A model generated the notes under the pieces. The model was not told the origin of the DNA. It made no database searches and saw only the letters and a program-made list of their open reading frames with translations. The translations under genes and the position numbers were made by a program. From the NCBI RefSeq assembly GCF_001194135.2, contig NC_069003.1, positions 1,183,737-1,247,736 of the forward strand: a stretch of 64,000 nucleotides of DNA. The letters run 5' to 3'. The DNA comes from Octopus bimaculoides. Its lineage: Eukaryota. Shown piece by piece: positions 63,633 to 64,000 of this stretch (its first letter is position 1; every line of letters starts with the position of its first letter).

Positions 63633-64000
63633 CCTTGTCCGCATTATTCTTCTTTCTTTTCTTCTCTTTTCCTTTATTTATTTAAGCGCTGAAATGAAAA
63701 CTAATGTTTTATATAACATTTAGAAAACGATAGTCCTCTTAAATTAAGCACTATCGGCTGACCGAAACTGGCAAAGGATAATGGAGTGAATTACTATTTT
63801 CTTCTCAAGATTTGCGTTCCAATGTTATTACGCAATCGTCTACATAACGATAAACACATAACATACTGTCATTCGGTCGTGAAACACGTGTAAAGGTTAT
63901 GCAATTTATCATGTTATAACACAAACAGAGTAAATCCCCTTTTATTCTTTATTCTACTCTGTCTCCCCCTCTCTCTCTCCCCTTCTGTGTGTGAGTGTAC

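Overview
AT-rich, microsatellite-saturated animal genomic DNA from a gapped scaffold. There are 11 N-gaps: 1589-2343, 5547-5955, 10182-10440, 11841-12281, 13568-13667, 31573-31612, 32800-33684, 42589-43470, 46338-46437, 50260-51093 and 54500-55111. The repeat content looks cephalopod, probably Octopus; this is inferred from recognising the repeats, not from a search. No host protein-coding gene can be supported, and nearly all ORFs in the track are translations of simple repeats or N runs. Identifiable content: (i) three tRNA-headed SINE families and a short dispersed repeat, in many copies; (ii) decayed R4/Dong-like, L1/Tx1-like, CR1-like and maT (Tc1/mariner) fragments; (iii) a 7.5-kb block of RTE-clade LINEs in + - + - order, including a near-full-length minus-strand element split by a same-family insertion with a 7-bp target-site duplication; (iv) a Ty3/gypsy LTR-PBS-gag fragment that runs directly into an initiator tRNA-Met gene. 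The most notable signals are a C4HC3 PHD-type zinc finger inserted inside the RTE reverse-transcriptase region, the gag/tRNA-iMet junction, hairpin arrays in the RTE 3' UTR, an 83-bp near-perfect inverted repeat, and SINEs that carry a built-in microsatellite. I found no clear new multi-gene system. Candidate exons are reported at low confidence.
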